64,000 nt of DNA from assembly GCF_964355755.1 (NCBI RefSeq), contig NC_092673.1, forward strand, positions 22,193,648 to 22,257,647, in the 5' to 3' direction. This document shows, one piece after another, positions 63,849-64,000 of this stretch (position 1 is its first letter; every line of letters starts with the position of its first letter). The position numbers were made by a program, and so were the translations under genes. The notes beneath the pieces are model-generated. The model saw only the letters and a program-made list of their open reading frames with translations, did no database searches and was not told the DNA's origin. This DNA is from Antedon mediterranea (lineage: Eukaryota; Animalia; Echinodermata).

Positions 63849-64000
63849 GTAAGATTTCGCGCGAACTTTAAAATACAATAGCCTAGTTTGTGTTTTATAT
63901 AGTTAGCCTTGAATTTAGGCTAAAAAGGTTTTAAAAGGTCAAGTGGCCTAGCCTAGGCCCTAATAAAAAATGGGCTAGGCCCTAATAAAAAATGGGCTAG

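Overview
AT-rich, intron-containing animal genomic DNA. A Deu-type SINE and the gene set suggest a marine invertebrate deuterostome such as an echinoderm, which is inference only. I assembled gene models by hand from GT-AG splice sites and reading-frame continuity. In order: the 3' part of an adhesion GPCR (+); C6orf136/DUF2358 (+); DUSP12 (-); a CaRF-MULE-SWIM transposase-derived gene (+); CDC26 (+); an orphan ~847-aa coiled-coil protein rich in QT motifs (+); a divergent three-exon MIF/DDT-family gene absent from the ORF track (-); SUCO (+); and the first exon of an unknown gene (+). Non-coding DNA holds a Penelope-like retroelement with three hammerhead ribozyme copies, two TSD-bounded non-autonomous DNA transposons, Kolobok/Harbinger/Tc1-like MITEs, SINEs, LINE tails and a 5S rRNA copy abutting a tRNA-SINE. 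The most notable signals are an in-frame, synonymously diverged peptide repeat just past the orphan gene's TGA stop, the catalytically altered MULE-derived gene, the hidden MIF, and the hammerhead array. No database searches were run.
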